Shown one piece after another: positions 8,762 to 17,177 of a stretch of DNA of 47,850 nt. Position numbers and translations under genes: made by a program. The DNA comes from Candidatus Micrarchaeota archaeon (GTDB lineage: Archaea; Micrarchaeota; Micrarchaeia; CAILAH01). The notes beneath the pieces were generated by a model. That model did no database searches. It was not told the origin of the DNA and worked only from the letters and a program-made list of their open reading frames with translations. Location of the stretch: NCBI GenBank assembly GCA_026413685.1, contig JAOAKK010000001.1:1-47850 (forward strand), in the 5' to 3' direction. Numbering within the stretch: the stretch's first letter is position 1; the number at the start of each line of letters is the position of its first letter.

Positions 8762-10201
8762 TTAGACTATATCAACGAGCAATTTTCCCGGGTCTTCAAG
8801 GTGCCTTTTCACTTCTAGCAGGAACCGTGCAGCTTCAGCACCGTCAGTTATCCTATGGTCAAACGTTAATGAAAGTGGCATGACATCTCTTATTACGATG
8901 CTGTTCCCCATAACAACAGGCTTCTTTTGTATTTTTCCTATGCCAAGTATTGCGCACTCCGGATAATTAAGCACGGGCACACCGTAAGTTGCCCCAATTG
9001 AGCCCCAGTTTGTTATCGTGAACGTACCCCCACTAACCTCATCCAGCGACAGTTCCCTTTTTCTGGCCTTGTCTGAAAGCACCATAATCTCACGCGCAAT
9101 ATCAATGATGCTTTTCAAATCAACATCCTTCACAACCGGCACGATGAGCCCATCCTCAGTATCAACAGCAATCCCGATATTATAGTATTTCTTTATTACG
9201 AACTCGTTGGTATGCTCATCCACTGTGGAATTAAGCCAAGGATGCCTTTTCAGTGCAATCACAGCTGCCTTAATCACAAACGGGAGATATGTTAGATGTA
9301 TCCCATCCTTTGCAGCATTGGCTTTTTCGCGCTCGCGCAGCTCAACAAGCTGTGTCACATCAGCATCTTCTATTGCAGTTGCCTGGACTGCAATACAGTT
9401 TGATTTTCCAAGGCGTGATATGATTGATTTCCTTACACCCTTGATAGGCACACGCACCTCAATATACTTTGCAAGCTCGCCTTTTAGTGGGTGTGCAATC
9501 TTCTCACTTATAGGTTCGGCCTCCTTATCCTTCTTAAGCTTGCCAACTTCGACGATACTTTCGAGCCTCTCCGCAGCACTTTGGACATCACGCTCGAGTA
9601 TCACACCGCCAGGCCCTGTCCCAGCAACCTTAGATAGGTCAATGCCCATCTTTTTTGCAAGGTCTCTGGCTTTTGGTACCGCTTGAACCATTGGTGGGTG
9701 CTCGTGCACCTTCTCAACAACACGCATGTCTTCGCTTCGGTCAAGCTCGCGGAGAACAGGCCTCTTTTTTGCTGCGGCTGCACGCACATCATCCTCGCTT
9801 ATTTCACCGTGCTTGCCAGTGCCTTTTACCATCTTAATATCCACACCAAGCTCACGCGCAAGTGCCCTTACACGCGGTGTTGCGAGCACATCACGCGGTG
9901 CTTCAGCACCTCGCGCAGGCACTTCACCAGCACCTATATTACTTACTACATCAACCTTTGCCGTTGCAGGGCCTATGGTGAGCAGCACACTCCCAACACG
10001 CGCAGTCTCACCTTCCTTGAACCTGAGCTCTATCACTTTCCCTTCCACAGGGGATGGGATCTCAACAACAGCCTTATCAGTCTCAACCTCAGCAATCTTC
10101 TGGTCTTTTTTAATTATGTCTCCTGGCCTGACAAGCCACTTGATGATTGTGGCCTCCTCCATCCCTTCTCCAAGGTCCGGAAGCTTAAATTCAAACACCA
10201 T
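8762..10201 (-). CDS. Dihydrolipoamide acyltransferase (E2) of a 2-oxoacid dehydrogenase complex
   Basis: Lipoyl domain (VETDKAVVEIPSP), two peripheral-subunit-binding-like segments, and catalytic motif TFDHRITDGAEAARF. Start set at MVFEFKLPDLGEG (ATG 10201). Confidence 0.9.
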   Translation of the reverse strand: MVFEFKLPDLGEGMEEATIIKWLVRPGDIIKKDQKIAEVETDKAVVEIPSPVEGKVIELRFKEGETARVGSVLLTIGPATAKVDVVSNIGAGEVPARGAEAPRDVLATPRVRALARELGVDIKMVKGTGKHGEISEDDVRAAAAKKRPVLRELDRSEDMRVVEKVHEHPPMVQAVPKARDLAKKMGIDLSKVAGTGPGGVILERDVQSAAERLESIVEVGKLKKDKEAEPISEKIAHPLKGELAKYIEVRVPIKGVRKSIISRLGKSNCIAVQATAIEDADVTQLVELREREKANAAKDGIHLTYLPFVIKAAVIALKRHPWLNSTVDEHTNEFVIKKYYNIGIAVDTEDGLIVPVVKDVDLKSIIDIAREIMVLSDKARKRELSLDEVSGGTFTITNWGSIGATYGVPVLNYPECAILGIGKIQKKPVVMGNSIVIRDVMPLSLTFDHRITDGAEAARFLLEVKRHLEDPGKLLVDIV

Positions 10202-10214
10202 CCATACGCACCCC

Positions 10215-10766
10215 TTAAGCCGCATTAACGAGCGGGCTAACGATATACGTGCCCACCAAGTAAGTTACCAATAATACCATTATTGCAATGCCCCAGTGCT
10301 CAATTAGCACATGGCTGACTTTTTCGTTCTTGATTTTTGCAATGTATATGCTGAGTGCGCCCAACAGGAGCATTCCCCATATGATTGATGCCAAGACTGC
10401 CAATTGCAACGGCAGCAAAAGTACAGGCACTGCAAACGTTAGTGCAATCACGAGCTTTGTCATAAAAGTTGCAATTGTTGATTCCCATACGCTTCTTTCT
10501 GTTGTCTCGCGGCTTGACTCCTCAGATATGTGTATGCCAAGCGCATCCGAGAGCGCATCTGCAATTGCAATTGTTATAATCCCACCGAGCACTGCTGCTG
10601 TTGAATGCGTGCCCGCGTTAAGGCCCATTACAAGCCCAAGCGTTGTTATCACGCCTGATACAGTGCCAAACCCAAACCCTGTCCTGTAAGACTGCTTAAT
10701 AGCCCCATCCTTGCCGCGCAACCCAAGCCCGCCTTTCCTATCACTCTTGTTTTTTGCAGTGTGCAT
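10215..10766 (-). CDS. VIT1/CCC1-family (iron/manganese transporter-like) membrane protein
   Basis: 183 aa. GFGFGTVSGVITTLGLVMGL and IADALSDALGIHISEES followed by 2-3 TM helices, the pattern of short prokaryotic VIT-family proteins. Sits between the E1beta and E2 genes. Confidence 0.55.
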   Translation of the reverse strand: MHTAKNKSDRKGGLGLRGKDGAIKQSYRTGFGFGTVSGVITTLGLVMGLNAGTHSTAAVLGGIITIAIADALSDALGIHISEESSRETTERSVWESTIATFMTKLVIALTFAVPVLLLPLQLAVLASIIWGMLLLGALSIYIAKIKNEKVSHVLIEHWGIAIMVLLVTYLVGTYIVSPLVNAA

Positions 10767-10777
10767 TCCTTCACCTT

Positions 10778-11755
10778 TTAGTACCTCATCACATCTAGCA
10801 CGGCGCTTTTTACTTTCCTTTCGTTTGGTATGAAGTATTCTTCGAGCTTTGGCAGCGGCACGGGGACATCATACCCCGTGACACGGAGAATAGGCGCACG
10901 CAGGCTTGTAAGCGCCTTCTCAGCTATGCGCGCAGCAATCTCCGAAGATGCGCTAAACCCTCTCATTGCCTCCTGCACAATCACCAGCCGCCCAGTCTTT
11001 CTTACAGAATCAGCAATCGCCTTGTCATCGAGAGGCTTAATCGCCCTCACATCGATTATTTCACAGCTGATGCCATCATTCCTGAGCTCGTTTGCAGCGT
11101 TTTCTGCAACTCTTACCATTGCGCCCCACGCAACAATAGTAACATCCGCACCTTCACGGGCAATCCTGCATTTGCCTATAGGCAGTGTATACCTGTTCTC
11201 CGGAACATTTTCCTTGAATGCCCTGTAAAGCCTCTTATGCTCAAGGAAAAGGACAGGGTCATCCCACTCAGCGGCAGCTGCAAGAAGCCCTTTTGCTTCA
11301 TAAGGCCCTGAAGGCACAAGTATGGTTATGCCAGGTATGTTTGCAAACATCCCCTCAATGGGCTCGGCGTGAAGCTCAAGCGCGCGCACACCACCGCCAT
11401 AAGGCATCCTGATAATTATGGGCATGCTATACCTGCCACGTGTCCTGTTCCTTATCCTTGCAGCGTGCGCATTAATTTGGTTGTATGCAAGGAAAGAAAA
11501 CCCATCAAATTGTATTTCGGGGATTGGGCGCAACCCGGCGTATGCCATCCCAACAGCAGTCCCTATGATCCCAGACTCTGCAAGCGGCGTGTCAAATACT
11601 CTCTCCTGCCCAAATTTATCCTGAAGGCCATCCGTTACCCTGAATACACCACCATTTTTGCCCACATCCTCCCCGAAAATTACAATTCTCTTATCCCTTT
11701 CCATCTCTTGCGCCAGTGCCATGTTGATTGCCTGAATCATATTAACCTCAGCCAT
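10778..11755 (-). CDS. 2-oxoacid dehydrogenase E1 component, beta subunit
   Basis: Transketolase-like pyrimidine-binding region (VFDTPLAESGIIGTAVGMAYAGLRPI) plus C-terminal domain. Start set at MAEVNMIQAIN. Confidence 0.9.
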   Translation of the reverse strand: MAEVNMIQAINMALAQEMERDKRIVIFGEDVGKNGGVFRVTDGLQDKFGQERVFDTPLAESGIIGTAVGMAYAGLRPIPEIQFDGFSFLAYNQINAHAARIRNRTRGRYSMPIIIRMPYGGGVRALELHAEPIEGMFANIPGITILVPSGPYEAKGLLAAAAEWDDPVLFLEHKRLYRAFKENVPENRYTLPIGKCRIAREGADVTIVAWGAMVRVAENAANELRNDGISCEIIDVRAIKPLDDKAIADSVRKTGRLVIVQEAMRGFSASSEIAARIAEKALTSLRAPILRVTGYDVPVPLPKLEEYFIPNERKVKSAVLDVMRY

Positions 11756-11824
11756 AAAACCACCTACCTGCACATACATAGCCTGCCCTCAGCAGCCATG
11801 CCATAAAGCAAGATACCCATCATA

Positions 11825-12907
11825 TCACCTCGCAAACCTGCCAGCATCCTCAAGCTGCTCTTCAAGCTCAGCAGGCATCCTCGCATATACATTCTTGAAC
11901 ATGTGCGTATAATCACTCCTGAACGCCTCAGCCTCCTCAACAGCATGCTCAACCTCAACAGCCGCCTGCTTTATGATTTTCTTTTCCAGCACCTCGTTCC
12001 ATATCCTTTTTGCTTTTAGGTATTTCCTGAACCTTTCAATTGGGTCTTTCTTTTTCCACATCTCAATCTCATCCTCAGGCATGTACCTTTTTGGGTCATC
12101 AGCAGTTGTATGCATCCCCATCCTGTATGATACTGCTTCTATAAGCGTGGGGCCTTCACCTTTTCTTGCAGCGTCTACTGCTATTTTGGCAGTGTAATAC
12201 ATTGCAAGCACATCGTTGCCATCTGCTTGCACGCACCTGATTCCAGCAGCAATGCCTTTCTGTGCGATTGTTTTTGCAGCAGTCTGCTTTTTGCGCGGGA
12301 CTGAGATTGCCCATTGGTTATTTCTCACAACAAATACCACAGGAGCGCCATAAACACCCGCAAAGTTTAGTGCCTCATAAAAATCCCCCTCAGAACTGCC
12401 CCCATCACCAGTATATGTCATTACAACCTTATTCTCACCTTTATGCTTCATAGCCATCCCTATCCCGGCCGCATGCAGGAAATGTGTCGCTACAGGCACA
12501 CAGACAGGCGTAATGTTAAATTCGCGTGGAAGATGGTTGCCCTCTTCAAATCCCATAAAATACATAAGGAAATACTTGAGGGGCACACCCATAACGATGT
12601 ACATCCCCTGCTCCCTATACGCAGGCACTACCCAGTCATCCTTCCTGAGTGCAAACGATGTCCCTACAGTGATTGCCTCCTCACCCCTGCATGGCGCATA
12701 TGTCAGCATCCTTCCCTGCCTTTGCAAGTTTATGGCTTTCTCATCAAGCACCCTTGCAGTCACCATGCACCTGTAAAGCCCTATGAGCTGTTCCCTGCCA
12801 AGGCCGCCCCGCAAAAGTTCCTTCTCGAGCGCCTTATCAACAGCACCATTCTCGTCAAGCACCTGTATATAATCAACACTGCCAGAGAATACCTTTTTCA
12901 CAGCCAT
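11825..12907 (-). CDS. 2-oxoacid dehydrogenase E1 component, alpha subunit (TPP-dependent)
   Basis: TPP-binding motif GDGGSSEGDFYEALNFA...VVRNNQWAIS. Has its own SD-like GGAGAGGTG and an upstream TATA. Confidence 0.9.
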   Translation of the reverse strand: MAVKKVFSGSVDYIQVLDENGAVDKALEKELLRGGLGREQLIGLYRCMVTARVLDEKAINLQRQGRMLTYAPCRGEEAITVGTSFALRKDDWVVPAYREQGMYIVMGVPLKYFLMYFMGFEEGNHLPREFNITPVCVPVATHFLHAAGIGMAMKHKGENKVVMTYTGDGGSSEGDFYEALNFAGVYGAPVVFVVRNNQWAISVPRKKQTAAKTIAQKGIAAGIRCVQADGNDVLAMYYTAKIAVDAARKGEGPTLIEAVSYRMGMHTTADDPKRYMPEDEIEMWKKKDPIERFRKYLKAKRIWNEVLEKKIIKQAAVEVEHAVEEAEAFRSDYTHMFKNVYARMPAELEEQLEDAGRFAR

Positions 12908-12980
12908 GCTTACACCTCTCCCGCAAACTATATATTATTGCCAAATGCTGTGTGCTACCATCATTATGCCGCAGCCGTAA

Positions 12981-14063
12981 TCATTTCGTGCTTATCTGGC
13001 TCACAGGCCTTCTCAGCTCTGCAGGGTCAATACCCTCTTTCATCGCAGCGAGTATGCCCCCAACCTCCCAGTAATTTTGGGCAGCTATGACGCCTTTAAG
13101 CCCAACCTTTTCAGGAGTTGCTTTCATCACAGTTGTGTTTTCCTTGACTGCAATTATTGGTATTTTCCATTTCTGTGCAGCAAGCGCCGGGATGCCACCC
13201 ATGCAGGTATATGGCATTACGACAGCATCAACATCCCATACACTTATGCCACCCTCCGCACCCGCCCGATGCAAGCTTATGTCATCCCTGCTTAGAGGGA
13301 TAAGCCTGGGCGCCCTGTCCAACCCCTGCAGCACGCATCCCAGGTAAGCAGGCCCAATCGCCTCTGCAGCGGCGCGTGGGTCAACCCTGCCGCTATGCGT
13401 TTCCTTATATATCTCATATTTGCTGAGCAACGGTGCGTGTGCAGCAGGCACACCAAACTTTGCAGATATGAGGTGGGATATTATGGCCTCAGTGCCACCG
13501 TAAGGGTTTGCACCCTTCCCTTGGAAATATGCTTTCAAGTCTTTCATATTAATCTTGATTGAAAGCGAGATTGCAAGCGCCTGCGCACCTTTCGATATTG
13601 CGAGCTGGCACGCCTCTAAAAGCGGCTCTTCATTTGTTATCTCTCCCACAAACGACCCGCTGCGTGTCTTGACAGCACGCGCCTCAACAGCCTCCTTCGT
13701 CTTGAATACGCCTGCAATCTCAACACCCGCAACTGTCCTCATCGCATTGATAGTATTTATTGCAAGGTCATAGCTCTCCTTTTCCATTCCTTTATCAAGG
13801 ACCACGCCTATCCTGTTTCTCTCCACTTCACGCAGGGCAACCTCTCCCTTAAAGAACTTATCCAAGGAGTACCCCTCAACATAGAGGACATTTCTTTTTG
13901 CTACGTTAAGCGCAACACCGTTTACTACATTCGGGTGTGAAATCACCCTATCTGCAATCGATGCCATCATATTGGTTGCTGGTGTTGCATCCCCAACATA
14001 ACCGCCTATATCTGCTTTCACACCTGTTGGGACGATGTGTGCAACAATGAACTGGTTTGCCAT
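12981..14063 (-). CDS. Conserved uncharacterised protein (DUF3326-like by recollection)
   Basis: About 360 aa. N-terminal IVPTGVKADIGGYVGDATPA, PYGGTEAIISH, MPYTCMGGIPALAAQ. Start set at ATG 14063, preceded by a GGGTGG SD-like element. No catalytic family recognised. Confidence 0.5.
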   Translation of the reverse strand: MANQFIVAHIVPTGVKADIGGYVGDATPATNMMASIADRVISHPNVVNGVALNVAKRNVLYVEGYSLDKFFKGEVALREVERNRIGVVLDKGMEKESYDLAINTINAMRTVAGVEIAGVFKTKEAVEARAVKTRSGSFVGEITNEEPLLEACQLAISKGAQALAISLSIKINMKDLKAYFQGKGANPYGGTEAIISHLISAKFGVPAAHAPLLSKYEIYKETHSGRVDPRAAAEAIGPAYLGCVLQGLDRAPRLIPLSRDDISLHRAGAEGGISVWDVDAVVMPYTCMGGIPALAAQKWKIPIIAVKENTTVMKATPEKVGLKGVIAAQNYWEVGGILAAMKEGIDPAELRRPVSQISTK

Positions 14064-14079
14064 AATGCCACCCAAACTC

Positions 14080-14286
14080 CTAGCCATTGCCTTTTCGGCT
14101 TTTTGTGGATTGGCCTTCAACACGCATGGATGCATCCACAACAAGGCTCCTGCCTTTTACATCCACGATAGCAAACCTTAGCACTTTTCCATTAACGTTG
14201 GCCCTCAAATACTCTTGTATATAATCCAACAATTGCTCTCCACCTACGTTTTTTCGTGGTATTTCAATCCTGCGTGAGATTATCAT
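14080..14286 (-). CDS. Small hypothetical protein (68 aa)
   Basis: ATG preceded by GAGGGGGGAG (SD-like) and an AT-rich TATA-like stretch. The stop lies 16 nt before the next gene's ATG, an operon-like arrangement. No recognisable family. Confidence 0.4.
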   Translation of the reverse strand: MIISRRIEIPRKNVGGEQLLDYIQEYLRANVNGKVLRFAIVDVKGRSLVVDASMRVEGQSTKSRKGNG

Positions 14287-14348
14287 ACTCCCCCCTCAAA
14301 CTATCAGCAGCAATTATAATATTTTTGAACCTGCAGATGCCGGCAATA

Positions 14349-15212
14349 TCATACTCGGTTGCAGTTTTCTGGAAATATCCTGCCTGCCATGTAAGAGCTC
14401 CTCACGAAAGGGCCGGACGCAACATAATAAAACCCCATCTCCCTTGCAGCATCGCCATATCTCCTGAACTGCTCCGGCGTTACATATTCCTTCACCGGAT
14501 AATGCATCTTGGTTGGCTGCAAGTATTGCCCGATTGCAACGGCTTTTACACCGGCGCTGCGTAAGTCTCTTAATGTGCTTAGCACCTCTTCTTCACTTTC
14601 GCCCATCCCCACCATCAGTGCGGATTTTGTAACTATATGGCTATATTTTGTTGCCACATGTCTCAGCACATCAAGCGATACCTTATAGCTTGCCCTCGGG
14701 TCCCTTACAGCTTTTTGCAGCCTCTCAACCACTTCAACATTATGCCCAAACACATCGGGTGAGGAATTGCAGACAATATCAACAAAATCCAAATTTCCCT
14801 GGAAATCAGGAGCGAGTATTTCTATTTTTATGTTTGGGCATTCTTTCCTTACAGCAGAAATGCATTTCGCAAAATGCAGCGCACCAAAATCTTCCAGGTC
14901 ATCCCTGTCCACGCTTGTGATGACAATGTAGCGCAGGCCAAGCAGTCTGGCTGCCCGCGCAACCCTTTCAGGCTCTGTCCCATCAACCTTTCTACCCTCC
15001 GCTGCAGTTTTCGTGTTGCAGAATTTGCATCCTCTTGTGCACACATCACCAAGAATCATTATAGTTGCGGTCCCGTTCCCCCAGCACTCATTCACATTCG
15101 GGCACTTTGCCTCCCTGCACACCGTCGTAACACCTAACTTATCAAGTATTTCCTTTGTGCAATTGTATTTTCCTGTGGGCAGCCCTATCTTAAGCCACGG
15201 CGGCTTTGCCAT
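14349..15212 (-). CDS. lipA: Lipoyl synthase
   Basis: Auxiliary cluster motif CREAKCPNVNEC and radical-SAM motif CTRGCKFC. 287 aa. Confidence 0.92.
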   Translation of the reverse strand: MAKPPWLKIGLPTGKYNCTKEILDKLGVTTVCREAKCPNVNECWGNGTATIMILGDVCTRGCKFCNTKTAAEGRKVDGTEPERVARAARLLGLRYIVITSVDRDDLEDFGALHFAKCISAVRKECPNIKIEILAPDFQGNLDFVDIVCNSSPDVFGHNVEVVERLQKAVRDPRASYKVSLDVLRHVATKYSHIVTKSALMVGMGESEEEVLSTLRDLRSAGVKAVAIGQYLQPTKMHYPVKEYVTPEQFRRYGDAAREMGFYYVASGPFVRSSYMAGRIFPENCNRV

Positions 15213-15296
15213 AATACTAACTTTTGCTTAATGCTTTTTAAGTTTGGCAGCCAATCCACATATGTGGTTACTCCTCAAAGGCCAAACAGGAAACAT

Positions 15297-15752
15297 ATGC
15301 TATTAGCAATAAAATCTGCGCGTGAAGGCATCAAGAAAGGGCACGGCGGCCCATTTGGTGCGGTAATAGCCAATGAAAATGGCGAGGTTGTTGCAGTAGC
15401 ACATAACACAGTATGGAAATCCTGCAACCCGTCAGCGCATGCAGAGGTTAATGCAATTTCAAAAGCGTGCAGGAAGCTCAGGTCAATAAGCCTCTCAGGG
15501 TGCACAATATACTCTACGGCCGAGCCGTGCCCCATGTGCTTCTCGGCAATACACTGGGCTAGGATAGGAAGGGTTGTTTACGGTGCGTCCATAGGCGATG
15601 CCGCGAAATATGGCTTCAATGAAATGCGGGTGGGCAATTTAAGGCTGAAGCGCCTCGGCCGCCTTCGCATCCTGATCACAAGGGGATTTATGAGAAAGGA
15701 ATGCGCTCGCTTGTTTGAAGAGTGGAAAAAGTCAGGCGGAAAACCATACTGA
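15297..15752 (+). CDS. CDA-fold deaminase (guanine deaminase / TadA-like)
   Basis: HAEVNAI...PCPMCFSAIHWARIGRVVYG zinc motifs. The N-terminus GHGGPFGAVIA resembles the Bacillus GuaD type. Start trimmed to ATG 15297. Confidence 0.65.
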   Translation: MLLAIKSAREGIKKGHGGPFGAVIANENGEVVAVAHNTVWKSCNPSAHAEVNAISKACRKLRSISLSGCTIYSTAEPCPMCFSAIHWARIGRVVYGASIGDAAKYGFNEMRVGNLRLKRLGRLRILITRGFMRKECARLFEEWKKSGGKPY

Positions 15753-15764
15753 ACAGCCAATGCC

Positions 15765-16088
15765 CTATCTTTTTGCTTTCGATAGTGCGTAGTCTATAGC
15801 CTGCCTGTCAAACCCAACGATTACAGCCCCGTTGATATCTATTACGGGGACTCCCATCTGGCCGCTTTTCCTTACCATTTCCAAAGCAGCCATTTGGTCA
15901 ATGCTGACATCAACTTCCTTGAATTCCACACCCTTCCCTCTCAGGTAGTCTGCAGCCATATAGCAGTAGGGGCACGTCGGTGTCTTGTATAGTATAATGC
16001 CACTTTTTTTATGTCCTGCCCGGCCTGCCTCAGGCTTGCTGAGGCCTTCAAGATCCCTATCACTTATGTCAACTCTCATGTTTTCCAC
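15765..16088 (-). CDS. Glutaredoxin-like protein
   Basis: CPYC active site (YKTPTCPYCYMA) and GVPVIDINGAVIVGFD. Overlaps the arsR-family stop, so an operon is likely. Confidence 0.8.
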   Translation of the reverse strand: MENMRVDISDRDLEGLSKPEAGRAGHKKSGIILYKTPTCPYCYMAADYLRGKGVEFKEVDVSIDQMAALEMVRKSGQMGVPVIDINGAVIVGFDRQAIDYALSKAKR

Positions 16089-16347
16089 CTATTTCTTTTG
16101 CAAGGCTTAGGACCTTCCTAACAATATGCGGTTTCCTGGCCTTACAGCAGCATGCCTTGCCTTTGCGCCGCACTTCTATTATTCCAGCCTTCCTGAGCAC
16201 TGCCAGGTGCTGTGATATATTAGGCTGGGATGTCCCAACCTTGCTGCAAATATCATTAACGCACGATTTCTTTGATAGCACGTGCTCAACGATTTTCAGG
16301 CGTGTACTGTCGGAAAGCGCCTTGAAAACATCAACAGCCTTGCCCAT
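16069..16347 (-). CDS. ArsR/SmtB-family winged-helix transcriptional regulator
   Basis: FKALSDSTRLKIVEHV...ICSKVGTSQPNISQHLAVLRKAGII. Unusual CCC triplet in the wing (RKGKACCCKA). Confidence 0.85.
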   Translation of the reverse strand: MGKAVDVFKALSDSTRLKIVEHVLSKKSCVNDICSKVGTSQPNISQHLAVLRKAGIIEVRRKGKACCCKARKPHIVRKVLSLAKEIGGKHES

Positions 16348-16350
16348 ACG

Positions 16351-16368
16351 TATAAGTATATACTTATA
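16351..16368. promoter_or_regulatory. 18-bp perfect palindrome (candidate operator) between TATA and the arsR start
   Basis: TATAAGTATATACTTATA equals its own reverse complement. It lies between a TATA-like TTATAAAC (16371-16378, minus sense) and the arsR ATG (16347). Confidence 0.5.
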
Positions 16369-16444
16369 TGTTTATAACCTTTGCGGTTTTTTTTGCATAA
16401 GGCGCACGGCATAGGTATTTATTATTACATACCTATTTCCTCTT

Positions 16445-17176
16445 ATGGCACACGTGCTTGGCAGGTGCAAAGCGCACAGCCAAAACTGCAGTGTTATCCA
16501 GAGAGTTCGCACAAGGCAAGGGCAGGCATCCATCGAGCTCATCTCAATACTCGCAGTTGCACTCCTTGTCCTTGGGATTTTGATGGCAACGTCACGGTCT
16601 GCATTCGAGGATATGCAGGCATCGCTCGACTCGCAGCTTACAGAGCGCAGCCTGCGCGAGCTGGCCGGGCTTGCAAAGCTTGCTTATGATGGAGGGCCTG
16701 GCTCTACCCAAAAATCTGTCTTGCACGTCCCATCAACAGTTGTGCAGAATGAATCCTACATATCAGGCAGGATAATCAACATCCGGCTTGAGCAAAAGTA
16801 TGGCGTGAAAGACGTCCCACAAGTTTTTCAGTTCCCTATAAGTGGTGACCTCTCATTTGCACCAGGTGATTATGAGGTGTATGCCGTTTCGCATACAGGC
16901 TATGTGTTCATAACAGAGAACCCATCGCTTGCTGTCTCACGCACGCTCATATACGCACGGCCGGGCGAGGAAGTATCCGTTAAAGTGAGGAATCCTGGAA
17001 GTAAGAGTACTGTCATAACTACAAAACCAACCGGCGGTATTGGGCTTAGCTGGCAATCACAGGAAATCGCCGCGGGTGCCGAAGCCGAGCTAAAGATTAT
17101 TCCTTTATCTTCAGGGAAGGTACAGCTCACAAGCTCAAGCGGTGAGCGCGAGACGATATCAGTAGAGGTGCGCTGA
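16445..17176 (+). CDS. Secreted protein with class III (type IV pilin-like) signal peptide
   Basis: RQGQASIELISILAVALLVLGIL matches the archaeal prepilin pattern [KR]GQ-S-x-E followed by a hydrophobic helix. The rest is beta-rich. Confidence 0.6.
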   Translation: MAHVLGRCKAHSQNCSVIQRVRTRQGQASIELISILAVALLVLGILMATSRSAFEDMQASLDSQLTERSLRELAGLAKLAYDGGPGSTQKSVLHVPSTVVQNESYISGRIINIRLEQKYGVKDVPQVFQFPISGDLSFAPGDYEVYAVSHTGYVFITENPSLAVSRTLIYARPGEEVSVKVRNPGSKSTVITTKPTGGIGLSWQSQEIAAGAEAELKIIPLSSGKVQLTSSSGERETISVEVR

Positions 17177-17177
17177 A

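Noticed and set aside
14063-14144. Possible frameshift or fusion between the 68-aa ORF and the DUF3326-like ORF, whose reading frames overlap in the ORF track
   Set aside because: The small ORF ends with a clean TAG at 14080-14082. It is followed by a 16-nt spacer containing a GGGTGG SD-like element and then ATG 14063. The 27-codon upstream extension of the large ORF looks like chance open frame, and normal operon spacing explains the layout.
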